Below are positions 47,804 through 57,700 of a stretch of 64,000 bases of DNA, one piece after another; position 1 is the first letter of the stretch; each line of letters opens with the position of its first letter. The DNA lies in the IMG/VR virus record IMGVR_UViG_3300035212_003113, positions 124,001 through 188,000 of that record; one strand, 5' to 3'. Made by a program: the position numbers and the translations under genes. The notes under the pieces are model-generated. The model was not told where the DNA came from. It searched no databases and saw nothing but the letters and a program-made list of their open reading frames with translations.

Positions 47804-48158
47804 GCAGATGAGTCCAACAAAGCTTTCTGCGGCATATCGCAAGCTGCAGGATGCTCAGGATTCAATGACTGCCGCAGGGAAAAGCTTCTGGGCATATTTT
47901 AAATCTCGTCCACTTGATGCAGACATGGAGCAGCTAAATACCGCGGCGAAAAATCTAAATGCGGTCACTACTGCCGAAGGAGCACAGACCAGCGCCACGC
48001 TGGCACTAAACGGTCTGTTGCATTTGGCTTCGCGGATTCGAGATCTAGAGGAAGAGAATCGCAGTTTGCGCAGACGTCTAGAAAGGTTGGAAGCAAATGC
48101 AGAACGGCCGAGTGAAGTTCCAGCAGAGCAACCACCAGCTGAAATCACTCCTGAGTGA
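47796..48158 (+). CDS. hypothetical coiled-coil protein
   Basis: AGGAG RBS; RIRDLEEENRSLRRRLERLE. Confidence 0.65.
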   Translation: MSKQMSPTKLSAAYRKLQDAQDSMTAAGKSFWAYFKSRPLDADMEQLNTAAKNLNAVTTAEGAQTSATLALNGLLHLASRIRDLEEENRSLRRRLERLEANAERPSEVPAEQPPAEITPE

Positions 48159-48669
48159 GCGAGCAGCGGAATCAGCATTCGCTCTACTCTCCGCAAGGCG
48201 TCAGCTACAGGCAGGCAGTGGAAAGTTTACGCACAAATGCAGCTGTCCTCATCCTGCCCATAAAGGTGGCAGCGAGAAGACGGCTAGTTTTTACTTTAGC
48301 CGTGACACAGGGCAATTCTTCTGCTTTGGCTGCAACATATATGGCAACGCTTTTGATCTAATCTCTTTGCTGGGAGGCAGCAGCGACAATGCTCTTGATG
48401 CCGCAATGCAACAGGGACCTATTGCGATACCAGAGACGCCAAACATTCAAAAGCTAATTGGCGATCACAGCAGAAAACTAGTCAAGAAGTGTAGAAGTAA
48501 GCTGGCGGCCGCGGTGGGCGGATCAACCTGGGAAGCAGACTTTAAGTGGATGCAGGACTTCTATTGTAAGCTCGACAAGATACTTCCAGAGCTAGAGGAC
48601 GAATCGGCAGAGCAGATTCATGGACGGTTTCTCCAGTTCAACATGGAGCTAAACAGGAGATTTAAGTGA
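48097..48669 (+). CDS. stand-alone primase-type CHC2 zinc-binding domain protein
   Basis: CPHPAH...EKTASF...FFCFGC...GNAFDL; no TOPRIM domain; start uncertain. Confidence 0.8.
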   Translation: MQNGRVKFQQSNHQLKSLLSERAAESAFALLSARRQLQAGSGKFTHKCSCPHPAHKGGSEKTASFYFSRDTGQFFCFGCNIYGNAFDLISLLGGSSDNALDAAMQQGPIAIPETPNIQKLIGDHSRKLVKKCRSKLAAAVGGSTWEADFKWMQDFYCKLDKILPELEDESAEQIHGRFLQFNMELNRRFK

Positions 48670-49832
48670 TTGGAATTATTGGCGACTGCCATCTTGGGGC
48701 AAGTCTAAAAGCAGGAACAAAAGATCCGGTAACAGGAATACCGAGCCGTCTGATAGATTATCACAACACTCTGCTATTTTGTATCGAGGATATTGCGAAG
48801 ACGTGCGATACAATCGTATTCACTGGCGATATCTTCGAGCACAGATATCCTCACATGATTCAGCAGCAGATGTTCAGCAATGCATTGCGCCGAGCACTGG
48901 AGCTTGGCATCAAGCAGATACATATCCTTATTGGGAATCATGATCAGCAGCGGACCGCTAGTACGACTACGCTGGCGTATCTCTCAGAGCTAAAGCTGCC
49001 CAATATCGTCATCCATGATGATCCGAGCACTGTCCGATTGGGAGATCATGCCCTGCATTTCTTCCCGTATCGCGACAGGAAATATCTCGCTGCTGCCTCA
49101 TATATCGAGGGCATCGCCGCTGCAGATGCAATTATTGCCGAGCTAGCCTCACATAGGGCGCCAGGCTCTAATGTTCTGATTGGTCACATGGCAATCGAAG
49201 GTACCTTCTTTGCTGAAGAAGAGGCAGAGCTTTATACGGATAACGAGCTGATGTTGCCGAAAGCCAGCTTTGCGCCGTTTGATCTAACAATCATGGGCCA
49301 TGTGCATACGCCCGGTCTGGTTTGCGAATCTCCGCCAATTTATTATGTTGGCTCACTCGAGAAGCGCGGCGCGTTTGAAAGCCACAAGAAGCAGTATTGT
49401 TTGCTTGATCTTGAAAACCGCTGTGCAGAATGGAAGACACTGCCGTGCCGAGATTTTTTCGAGTACGAAGTCGTAATGCAGAAAACAGGCACCGACTTGA
49501 TGGCAGTCATGCTACAGGAGATCGACAAGCAGATAGGTGACACCGCTCTGCGAGGCTGCATAGCAAAAGCGGCCGTCACGATTTCGTCTGATGATATCGG
49601 TCACCTGAATACAGAGCAACTGGTGATGCATCTCGGCACAAAAGGCTGCGCGTTCGTTTATCCGCCCACCGTCTCTGTAAAGACCGAGCGAGCTGCCCGC
49701 AGCGACATCAAAGAGCTTGGCTCAGACACCGAGACGTGGGCGCAATATGTCCAGGGAATTATCCCTGATAAAGATTTTGCCGCACAGTTAATTGCTACCG
49801 GTAACAGCATAATTGCAGAGGAAGAAGCATGA
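48666..49832 (+). CDS. sbcD: Mre11/SbcD nuclease
   Basis: DCHLG, TGDIFE, GNHD, GH, MGHVH, YVGS. Confidence 0.92.
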   Translation: MIGIIGDCHLGASLKAGTKDPVTGIPSRLIDYHNTLLFCIEDIAKTCDTIVFTGDIFEHRYPHMIQQQMFSNALRRALELGIKQIHILIGNHDQQRTASTTTLAYLSELKLPNIVIHDDPSTVRLGDHALHFFPYRDRKYLAAASYIEGIAAADAIIAELASHRAPGSNVLIGHMAIEGTFFAEEEAELYTDNELMLPKASFAPFDLTIMGHVHTPGLVCESPPIYYVGSLEKRGAFESHKKQYCLLDLENRCAEWKTLPCRDFFEYEVVMQKTGTDLMAVMLQEIDKQIGDTALRGCIAKAAVTISSDDIGHLNTEQLVMHLGTKGCAFVYPPTVSVKTERAARSDIKELGSDTETWAQYVQGIIPDKDFAAQLIATGNSIIAEEEA

Positions 49833-51844
49833 TTCCATTAAAGATGCACATGGTGAATTTCGGTCCCTATGCGGATTCCGCAGTAGACTTTAACTTTAAG
49901 TCTGCTCTCGTTGTTGGCGAGAACTCTTCTGTTTCGGGTGCCAGCAATGGCACTGGCAAGAGTACTATATTTCAGGCACTGACATGGGTCCTCACTGGCA
50001 GCTCTCGTTACAAGAATTCAAACTCAATTATCCGAGACGGCACCGATGCTGCAAAGGTAACACTTCTTTTTAAAGTTGGCGAGGAGCATTATCAGATTAT
50101 TCGTGGTCGAAACAGAACGAACAAGCAGACGCTTGATTTTAATAAGGTTCTGCCGGATGGCAAACTTGAGCCGGTAAAGGCAGATACGAACTCAAAGTTA
50201 GACGAAAAGATCGCAGAGGTCACCCGTGTTCGTTACGACTCGTTTGTTAATACCGCGTACTTTGCGCAGAATACGATATCCGAGTTTATGTATGGCACCA
50301 GCTCTGTTCGGCAGAAGTTGATTGCAGAGATCCTGTCAATGGACAGGTGGAATAGCTACGCGAAGAATGCCGCCACGCATCTAGCCGACACAGAGCGCGA
50401 GCTAGAGATGGCGCGTTACAAGGCAAGCGTATTTGGCAACCTTGCAGAGCAAAAGAAAAAGGCAGCAGCTGACCGCGAGACGGCCGAGGTCACTGCTGCT
50501 TCGCTCCTCCAGAAGATTGCAGAACTGGAGTCCGCGGAAGAAGCAGTCAGGACAGCGGCGGCCAGTGAGGCCGGACGGGTGCAGGCTGCAGCAACTAGGT
50601 CCGCACTACAGCAGCTGTTGGCATCTGCCCAGCGTGGCGCGGCAGACGCGCGAAAAGCATCTACAGATGCGGATGCACATGTACAGCGTATCGATGCAGA
50701 CATCTTGTCACTTGCGTCTGCTGTAGTCGAGCCGGGTGCGAGGCCAGATGTATCGGCAGCAATTGCACAGCGCTTGGCGGAGCGTCGCGGCGATCTTGCG
50801 GTAATTCAGCGCCGTGTCGCTGCGATGGAGGCCGGCAAGTGCGACACCTGCGGTTCATCCTGGGGTCATGATCATAGCTCGGAAATCGAATCCCTGCGAG
50901 CGCAGGCCAACGACTTACGTAATCGTATTTCGGTTGGCGAAGGTAAACTAGCAGAGGCGAGGGCCGCAGAGCTTGCCTGGGACCAAGCCAACTCTAAGTA
51001 CATGACAGCTATCAACAGGCGCGACAGCTTGGTGCGAGAGCTCGAGTCCGCTAGCGCTGCAGCTCGATCCGCTGCAAATCGTATAGCCGCAGCAGAAGCA
51101 GAATTACGCAGTGCAGAGGGCAAGCTGGCATCTGCGCCTGAGCCGCCTGTCGGCGCTTCTGATGCTATCGATAAACTAAAGAAGATACAGGCCGATCTTA
51201 GTGCATCTCGACAGAAGCACTCAACCTGCATGGCGAGCCTTGGTCAGCTGTCCGCTAAAGCTGATTTACTACAGCAGCAGGAGACCGAGTTCTCTGTCTT
51301 AGCCGTCAGAACGGTAGAGCTAGAAAAAGAAGTAAATCTGTACACTGCTCTTTCTAAGCATTTTTCAAAAACCGGCATCCAGGCATCAATTCTGGATACG
51401 GTTGTCTCCGAGATTGAGACGCTCAGCAATACATTCTTGAGGCGCCTAAGCCACAAGCCATTCAGCATTCGTTTCATCACTCAGAAGCAGGACACGAAAG
51501 GCCAGATGAAGGAGACCCTGGATGTAGAGGTAATGAGCCCCGGGTCGATTAAGTACATCGAGGATTTGAGCGGTGGAGAGCAGTTCAGGGTCGCATTCAG
51601 TGTTCGCCTTGCCCTTGCTGCAGTACAGGCCCGGCGTCAGGGCGGCGAGCTAACACTGCTGTTGCTCGACGAGGTGTCGAGCAGCCTTGATAAGGTTGGA
51701 ATCGAGACGTTTGTCAGCATAGTAAAAGAGTTGCAGAAAACCATGATCGTCATGCTAATTACTCATGATGATTCTCTCAAAGAGCACTTCGACAATGTTA
51801 TTAAGGTTAGCAGCGACGGACAAGTAGCAAAGATCATTCAATAG
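49829..51844 (+). CDS. sbcC: Rad50/SbcC ABC ATPase
   Basis: NGTGKS, coiled coil with CDTC zinc hook, LSGGE, LLLDE, ITH. Confidence 0.93.
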   Translation: MIPLKMHMVNFGPYADSAVDFNFKSALVVGENSSVSGASNGTGKSTIFQALTWVLTGSSRYKNSNSIIRDGTDAAKVTLLFKVGEEHYQIIRGRNRTNKQTLDFNKVLPDGKLEPVKADTNSKLDEKIAEVTRVRYDSFVNTAYFAQNTISEFMYGTSSVRQKLIAEILSMDRWNSYAKNAATHLADTERELEMARYKASVFGNLAEQKKKAAADRETAEVTAASLLQKIAELESAEEAVRTAAASEAGRVQAAATRSALQQLLASAQRGAADARKASTDADAHVQRIDADILSLASAVVEPGARPDVSAAIAQRLAERRGDLAVIQRRVAAMEAGKCDTCGSSWGHDHSSEIESLRAQANDLRNRISVGEGKLAEARAAELAWDQANSKYMTAINRRDSLVRELESASAAARSAANRIAAAEAELRSAEGKLASAPEPPVGASDAIDKLKKIQADLSASRQKHSTCMASLGQLSAKADLLQQQETEFSVLAVRTVELEKEVNLYTALSKHFSKTGIQASILDTVVSEIETLSNTFLRRLSHKPFSIRFITQKQDTKGQMKETLDVEVMSPGSIKYIEDLSGGEQFRVAFSVRLALAAVQARRQGGELTLLLLDEVSSSLDKVGIETFVSIVKELQKTMIVMLITHDDSLKEHFDNVIKVSSDGQVAKIIQ

Positions 51845-51849
51845 GTTAT

Positions 51850-51876
51850 AAGGCCGGCTATTAATGCCGGCCTTTT
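51850..51876 (+). terminator. intrinsic terminator
   Basis: aaggccggc-tattaat-gccggcctttt. Confidence 0.8.
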
Positions 51877-51909
51877 ACTATGTAATGAGTATTTGCGAAG
51901 AGGAACGAC

Positions 51910-52227
51910 GTGGATGTGCTAGCCTTTATGCAGCCAGAGACTACCAATAGCCTTGCAGCTATAAAGATGCTGGGATTCGAAGGAGCCCAGCGCGCAGCAT
52001 TTGTTAGAGCTATGGCGTGTGTCAGTCCGCGAGAAGAGGCATTGCGATGCCTTAAACTCTCAAGATCGTACTTAAAGGATGCTCGTCTTTTTGAGTTCTC
52101 TAGCGGTCTTAATTCCAGATACCTGCTGCTTGCCAGTTTCTACAGAGTACTGGCTCACCGGGTTTATAGGGCAGCGGGCGCAGGCGAGGAAGGCATTCGG
52201 CAGGGATTCTTGAGAGTGGTGAAATGA
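51910..52227 (+). CDS. hypothetical protein
   Basis: GAGGA RBS, GTG start, ATGA coupling. Confidence 0.6.
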   Translation: MDVLAFMQPETTNSLAAIKMLGFEGAQRAAFVRAMACVSPREEALRCLKLSRSYLKDARLFEFSSGLNSRYLLLASFYRVLAHRVYRAAGAGEEGIRQGFLRVVK

Positions 52228-53108
52228 CTATTTCTAGCCTTATATTCGAAGAATCCGAGGACCAGATAATATCTGGCTTCCCTGTGCGCGTATCGATTCT
52301 AGCATCTGAAGCTTCTGCGATTATATATTTTACGACCGATGGTTCGTCTCCCGACCCACTGTCAAATGTGTATATTGAGCCGGTACTGCTGCCTACTGAT
52401 GGCTCCCCGTTTACCCTAAGCGCTATTGCCTATTCAGATGTCGATGGGTATTATGTCCCGAGTAGCATAATTACCTATACATGGACGCTTGACAATACGG
52501 CTTACTTTGAGCAGCGCAAGTCGCATAAAGCAGGAATAGCATATATATATCCAGGTGGCCAGGACATACCGTTTTGGTATGACTTCGAGGGAAATCCGGC
52601 CACATATATTGATGAAGATCCTTACTATATTCCTTTTCTAATTTCCGACCGAGACGCGCAAGGTCGCCCGCAGTCTAGCGCGTACAATAACGAGATCGCG
52701 GGTCCATCTAATACGGACATGTCATACCTGAGTACTCTTGGGTCTGACAACTTCAATCCTGATGCACACATAATAGTGATCGATACCCGCCCTGGATCCG
52801 AAAGGGCCCCATCGGTAACCGTTATAAACGGTCCGTACATGACGTTGCGCAATCCGGACCGGTACTACCGCGGTATAGATTACAGGGCTGTAGACGTATC
52901 GAATCACACGTCCGGTCAGCATATTCAGAGCTTTTATAACCGGAAGACCGGAACTCACGTAGCTTATTATTTTGATACCGTTGACGCCCGCTGGATAAAG
53001 TCTATAAGCTATGTTCCGGTTGTAGAAAACAAAGAGAGGCCGTTGCCAGTTTACCAGCGGCCGCTGGTTTTCCAGTGGAACCTTTTCGGCAGGTTCAATA
53101 CGTTCTAG
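52224..53108 (+). CDS. putative structural protein with CHB_HEX_C/Fn3-associated Ig-like N-terminal domain
   Basis: IYFTTDGSSP...YIEPV...TLSAIAY. Confidence 0.7.
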   Translation: MTISSLIFEESEDQIISGFPVRVSILASEASAIIYFTTDGSSPDPLSNVYIEPVLLPTDGSPFTLSAIAYSDVDGYYVPSSIITYTWTLDNTAYFEQRKSHKAGIAYIYPGGQDIPFWYDFEGNPATYIDEDPYYIPFLISDRDAQGRPQSSAYNNEIAGPSNTDMSYLSTLGSDNFNPDAHIIVIDTRPGSERAPSVTVINGPYMTLRNPDRYYRGIDYRAVDVSNHTSGQHIQSFYNRKTGTHVAYYFDTVDARWIKSISYVPVVENKERPLPVYQRPLVFQWNLFGRFNTF

Positions 53109-53176
53109 GCCGTCTGCGCAAAATCTGCAAACCACTAATATAGGTAGGACCCGAAACCTATGATTGGTGGTATAAA

Positions 53177-53947
53177 TTGACTCTAAAAGTTTCAGTAAGC
53201 AGCTTAGATACGTACGAGAGCTGCCCTCGTAAATACAAATTTCAGCAAATCGACAGGCTTCCGAGGAAAAGCTGGGAGCATCTGGACGTCGGCAACTACG
53301 TCCACGAGGTGCTAGAGCATTTTCACAAAGAGCTGAATGCGGATGCCAGTCAGCAGCCAGAGGCACTACTGAAGCGCCTTGCGAAGTCCACTTGGGAGAA
53401 GTTTGAGAAAAAGATCTCCGTAGAGGGCCAGGAGAAGAGCAAGGGACTGCTGAAGTCTTATTTGGCGCATATAAATAGCACAGGCTGGCCCACGGTCCTC
53501 GCCACAGAGGATCGATTTAGTATACAGATTAACGAGAATCTGCTGATTCGTGGTGTAGTTGATCGCATCGATAGGGACGGGGATAATTATATAATCTTAG
53601 ATTACAAAACGGGCCAGTCGAAGTACCTCGACAAATTCCAGCTCCAGGTCTACGGCATGCACCTCAAGAACATGGTTCCTGACCTCAAAGAATACGAAGG
53701 CGTATACCTAGTCTTGCCGGAAGGTCCTAAAAAACTTAGTTATAAGATTACTCTAGATGATGTCGAGGAGGCCAAGGCGGACATTATTAAGACCGCAGAG
53801 CAGATCGCAAGCGACCGTACCTGGGCACCAAAGCCAACGTTTCTCTGCAAATACTGTGACTATATTGATGCTTGCCCAGACGCTTGGGGCAAGTCTAAGT
53901 CGAGTGAGGCAGATCTAGTTAAGATTTCAGGCAGAAAGAAGTTTTGA
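53177..53947 (+). CDS. PD-(D/E)XK nuclease (RecB/AddB/Cas4-like)
   Basis: SVSSLDTYESCPRKY, GNYVHEVLE, RGVVDRID, LDYKTG, QLQVY, CKYCDYIDAC. Confidence 0.92.
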   Translation: MTLKVSVSSLDTYESCPRKYKFQQIDRLPRKSWEHLDVGNYVHEVLEHFHKELNADASQQPEALLKRLAKSTWEKFEKKISVEGQEKSKGLLKSYLAHINSTGWPTVLATEDRFSIQINENLLIRGVVDRIDRDGDNYIILDYKTGQSKYLDKFQLQVYGMHLKNMVPDLKEYEGVYLVLPEGPKKLSYKITLDDVEEAKADIIKTAEQIASDRTWAPKPTFLCKYCDYIDACPDAWGKSKSSEADLVKISGRKKF

Positions 53948-53956
53948 GGAAAGCAT

Positions 53957-54745
53957 ATGAACATTGACGGCACATACAAAGTAGGCAATAACAAGTATAT
54001 CTACCTAAACAGCCGAACAGGCGAGGGCTTTAGCAAGCTGATCGGCCTAATGCGAGGCTTCCTTAATTACCAGCTATCTATAATGGAGTTTCCGAGCTTT
54101 GGGCGGGACGATCTTGAGCAGGAGATGCTGGCACTGGCCATGGAGGCCCTGCCGCGGTACGACGAGAGTAAGCCTGCGAATTTGCTCACCTTTCTACAGA
54201 ACCACGTGAAAAATCGTCTGATCAATATGTGTAAGTTCTACAGTGAGAAGCGGCGCTGTGCTACCCACGTGGACAGCGGCATGCAGAAGGTTCGTTGTAA
54301 TTCGTGCCGCACGTTCTTCAGGGCTCGGAACGAAGTAGAGACCCTGTCCTGTGCAAAGTGCGGCGAGTCAGCTGCTCGAAATAGTGGGATGTGGAAGTTT
54401 TATAATCTGATTGCCATTCCTGGCCAGATTCCGGTTAATGACAGTGACGTACCAATTGAGCAGGAAATCGACCCAGACCTGTCGCAATTTACCGCAATAG
54501 GATGCGCTGGCGGCCCGATTACAGTGGATCATAACATTGATATTTCACGGCTTTTGGACAAGGAAGACGAAGTAAATAAATCAATAATCAATCTAGTTTG
54601 TCAGGGATACAGCCGGGCAGAGATCGCGATTAGACTTAATTTGAGTTCTTCAATTGTAAGTAAAAATCTGACGGATGTCTGCAACAGGCTAAGAAATAGG
54701 ATAACAGAGGATGGTAATGAATTTTCAGCTCTTCAAGACGGCTAA
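53957..54745 (+). CDS. sigma-70-family-like factor with internal zinc ribbon
   Basis: RDDLEQE...ALPRYD...TFL...VKNRL (region 2); CNSC...CAKC; GYSRAEIAIRLNLS (region 4 HTH). Confidence 0.8.
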   Translation: MNIDGTYKVGNNKYIYLNSRTGEGFSKLIGLMRGFLNYQLSIMEFPSFGRDDLEQEMLALAMEALPRYDESKPANLLTFLQNHVKNRLINMCKFYSEKRRCATHVDSGMQKVRCNSCRTFFRARNEVETLSCAKCGESAARNSGMWKFYNLIAIPGQIPVNDSDVPIEQEIDPDLSQFTAIGCAGGPITVDHNIDISRLLDKEDEVNKSIINLVCQGYSRAEIAIRLNLSSSIVSKNLTDVCNRLRNRITEDGNEFSALQDG

Positions 54746-57700
54746 GCTACAGAACGAGATCACCCTTCCCCGGACCGACTTCCTTGTAGAGGTATTGCGG
54801 AGCATCATTGCTCCGCTTTACCTTATGAATGACAAGGCTCATCCGGAGCTTAATGGCATTGCCGAAGCACTGGCCTCTTATTACGAAGAGAGTCAGCCAG
54901 GAGAACTGGTGTTCAGGAGCACGCGTTCGCGTGATCCATATGAGCTGTTCAATCCCAAACTATTGAATCTAAAGCTATCGGATGTCCGCGGCATTGCCTC
55001 CAAGGTCTCTAATAGCTCTATTGAGTTGACAGACAAAAGCATTATCAGTCTGATAGATCTCGTAATGCACGAGACGATCTACATTTGCTGGCTAGAGTTT
55101 TGTGCAATGCATCCCGGTCTTAGCTTTTTCGCTGGAGCCGAGGGCCTTTCTCCGGCAGAGCTGATTAAGACAGCCGTTGAGCAGGTAGAGGCGGGAGAAG
55201 AGGATGGAGAAAGCGAACAGCCAGCAGGCAAGGACAGGAATACGGGCAGGCGTATAAAAAGGAACAATGAAGTTCTAAAGACTAACCTTGGTCCTTCTTA
55301 TGATCAAGTTCGTAGAGCCAAGGCGGCATTGGCGTATCGCGCTGCATTCAATGGCTATACCCATAAAGGCTGGATGGACCTTATGCCATCGCACCAAGTG
55401 CAGACCCCCAAAGGCCTAAAGACCAAGGTGATAAGCACTGCTACCAGAGATGCGTTAAAAAATAAAAGCTTTAACATGATGGTGTTTTGGGCAGATAGCT
55501 CGGACCACGTCTCAAACGTAATGGCCAATATAGCCGAAAGGCTTGATCGCGGCGAGCGTCCGAACGTAGATGGCATGCCGCTGACTCGCAATCCTGTTGC
55601 ATCAAACGCAATTTACACAAATCCTGATTACTACTATACTGCTGGACAGAGCAAGGTCAGCCCCGCTGCCATCTATTCTGCATTCAACCTCGGGCACTCG
55701 GAGACAGTTGCCACACAGGCCGCAAACATGGGCCTGCTTAAGCACAAGCTTCTCTTTGGAGAAGAGGGTGACAGAGAGACGTTAATCTCTGGTTATGCAC
55801 AGTCTGCAATCGGCGCTCACAAGCGCATCCGCTCGGCATTCGGCAAGAATCCGGAACTCCTAAAGGATAAGCTGTCCTCTGTTCTAGTTGACGGCTTTAA
55901 TTTTCATGTCGAGCTGATGAAGAGCAATGGCGTGAATTCTCTTGAGTACCTGAATATCTTCAAGGCTCTGTCCAATAGTTCGTTTAAATCTTTTGCGGAT
56001 AGATTTCTCGCTCGCATAGTGGCGTCTTTGCGCACAGACTATGCATCGCTCCAACAGGCAAGCCAAGACTCATTCAACATTGTAGAAAAGCATATCTTAG
56101 AGTCCAAGACAGAGTTTGAGGGGCTTGCATCAGAGCTCCGGCACATGATGATTAGCGACGAAGACATGGCCAAGATCAATTCCGGCATGGGGTACTCTGA
56201 CTTCTTGCACTTCTTTGCGGAGATTGAGCTGAATCTGCCGAGCTATCTCCACTCCAAGTTTTCACAAGAAAACGTAAATAGCTTTTTTGCACCAGTTCCT
56301 GTTCTCAATACAGAGGCCTCTATAAAGCTCGGAGATAAAGAAATTAGGGCTAGCAACATGGTAGAGTCCTTCTTGGGCACCGCCAAAGAGAAGCAGAATC
56401 CCGATGAGCTAAAGTTTGAAAGTGCGGTCGCGCAGGCACTGAAAACACTTTCTTCGAAAAAAGTTAAGATGTCGCAAGATTCCATCAGTCTAATCCGCTC
56501 TGCATTAGAGTCGGTTTCTAAGCCGAACAGGCTCATGATGCCAGATGTTGATTTCGAAAGCGCCATCAAAGATCTTCAGACGCTGCAGAATGCGATCAAG
56601 CAGGGCGTAGAATTGGCTCCAGAGCAGGTAGACGCGATGCTAAAGGGCTTGCAGGTCCGCAATATCTATAGCAAAGAGTCGGCCCCAGAAGATATTCGCG
56701 AGGTATCTGCCAAGGCCGCAGCTGCCGTTGCAGATCACGGGTACAAGGATACGCTGTTCAATGTGTTTTCTCACTCTACGGTCGCATTGAGAAATCTATA
56801 CGTACAGACAAAGCAGCTCTCGATACTGCTCGCCAGCAAAAGAAAAAACAAAGAGCAGACGAGTGCTGCTCAAAAGCAGTGGAGAGAGGCTCCTAGTGGA
56901 AGCAGGGACCAGGGCATTGCATTCAAGATGCGAAATCTCTTAGAGACAGAAGGAAAAGACATAGATGCGCAGATCTCTGCTGCGCGTAAGTCGGTTTCAG
57001 TAAGACTGGAGCAGCTACTGCGAGGCGCCAAGGAAGACGAAAAGTCTTCTGCTTTGGCCGGAACAGGCCTGAAAAAAACTTCTGAGAAGGTCGTGGGAGA
57101 AATAAGGCTTGCTCTTGCCGAGGGCAAAACTTACAAAAAGCTTGATCGTGATGCAATGCTCAGTATTGTCAACGCTTATGACATGTCTGAGTCAGGTAGA
57201 CTTAATATTGAGGCGAGCCTGTTAGAGGGGATGCTCACCGCGCACGCTACCGCTGGGACACCGCTGTCTGCAGATGGCAAAATTCTAACTACTGCAGATC
57301 TAAGCAATGCTTGCCGCGCATTGGTGCAAAACAAGCAGACTGAGGCCGACTATGACACAATATCTGCATTTCTAGCGTCGTCATTCAGTGACGACTTTAA
57401 CCCAGATTTGCCTACGCAAACGTACTCGGACTTCTTTGGAGCTCAAAAGGAGTACCGAGGAACTCTTTCTGTTCTAAAGCCTGACTCAAATGAGCCAGAT
57501 GAAGAGGCAGATCCTATCTTGCACCTAGGCGTAGGTAGCGTGCCGTTTACTGTCGATACGGTACTTGAGAAGTTTATCGGAGATGTCTCTGGCCATGCCC
57601 TAAACAACCAACTTTTAACAAATGCCGTCTCTAGCCAGTTTTCTGCAAACAAGGAGAGGATTGAAAAAGAGATCGAAGAGAACTTTGAAGTAGATAGTGA

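Noticed and set aside
10530-53180. Conserved GTATAA promoter motif before lon, groEL, clpP and the nuclease
   Set aside because: In three of four cases it is just the spacer between the RBS and the start codon; no shared -35 element seen
53177-53947. CRISPR-Cas locus (Cas4)
   Set aside because: No repeat-spacer array or other cas genes seen; solo Cas4/RecB-like nucleases are common in phages
46482-54745. Bacterial rpsU-dnaG-rpoD operon
   Set aside because: The order is reminiscent, but genes are separated by unrelated ORFs, the primase is only a zinc finger and the sigma is short
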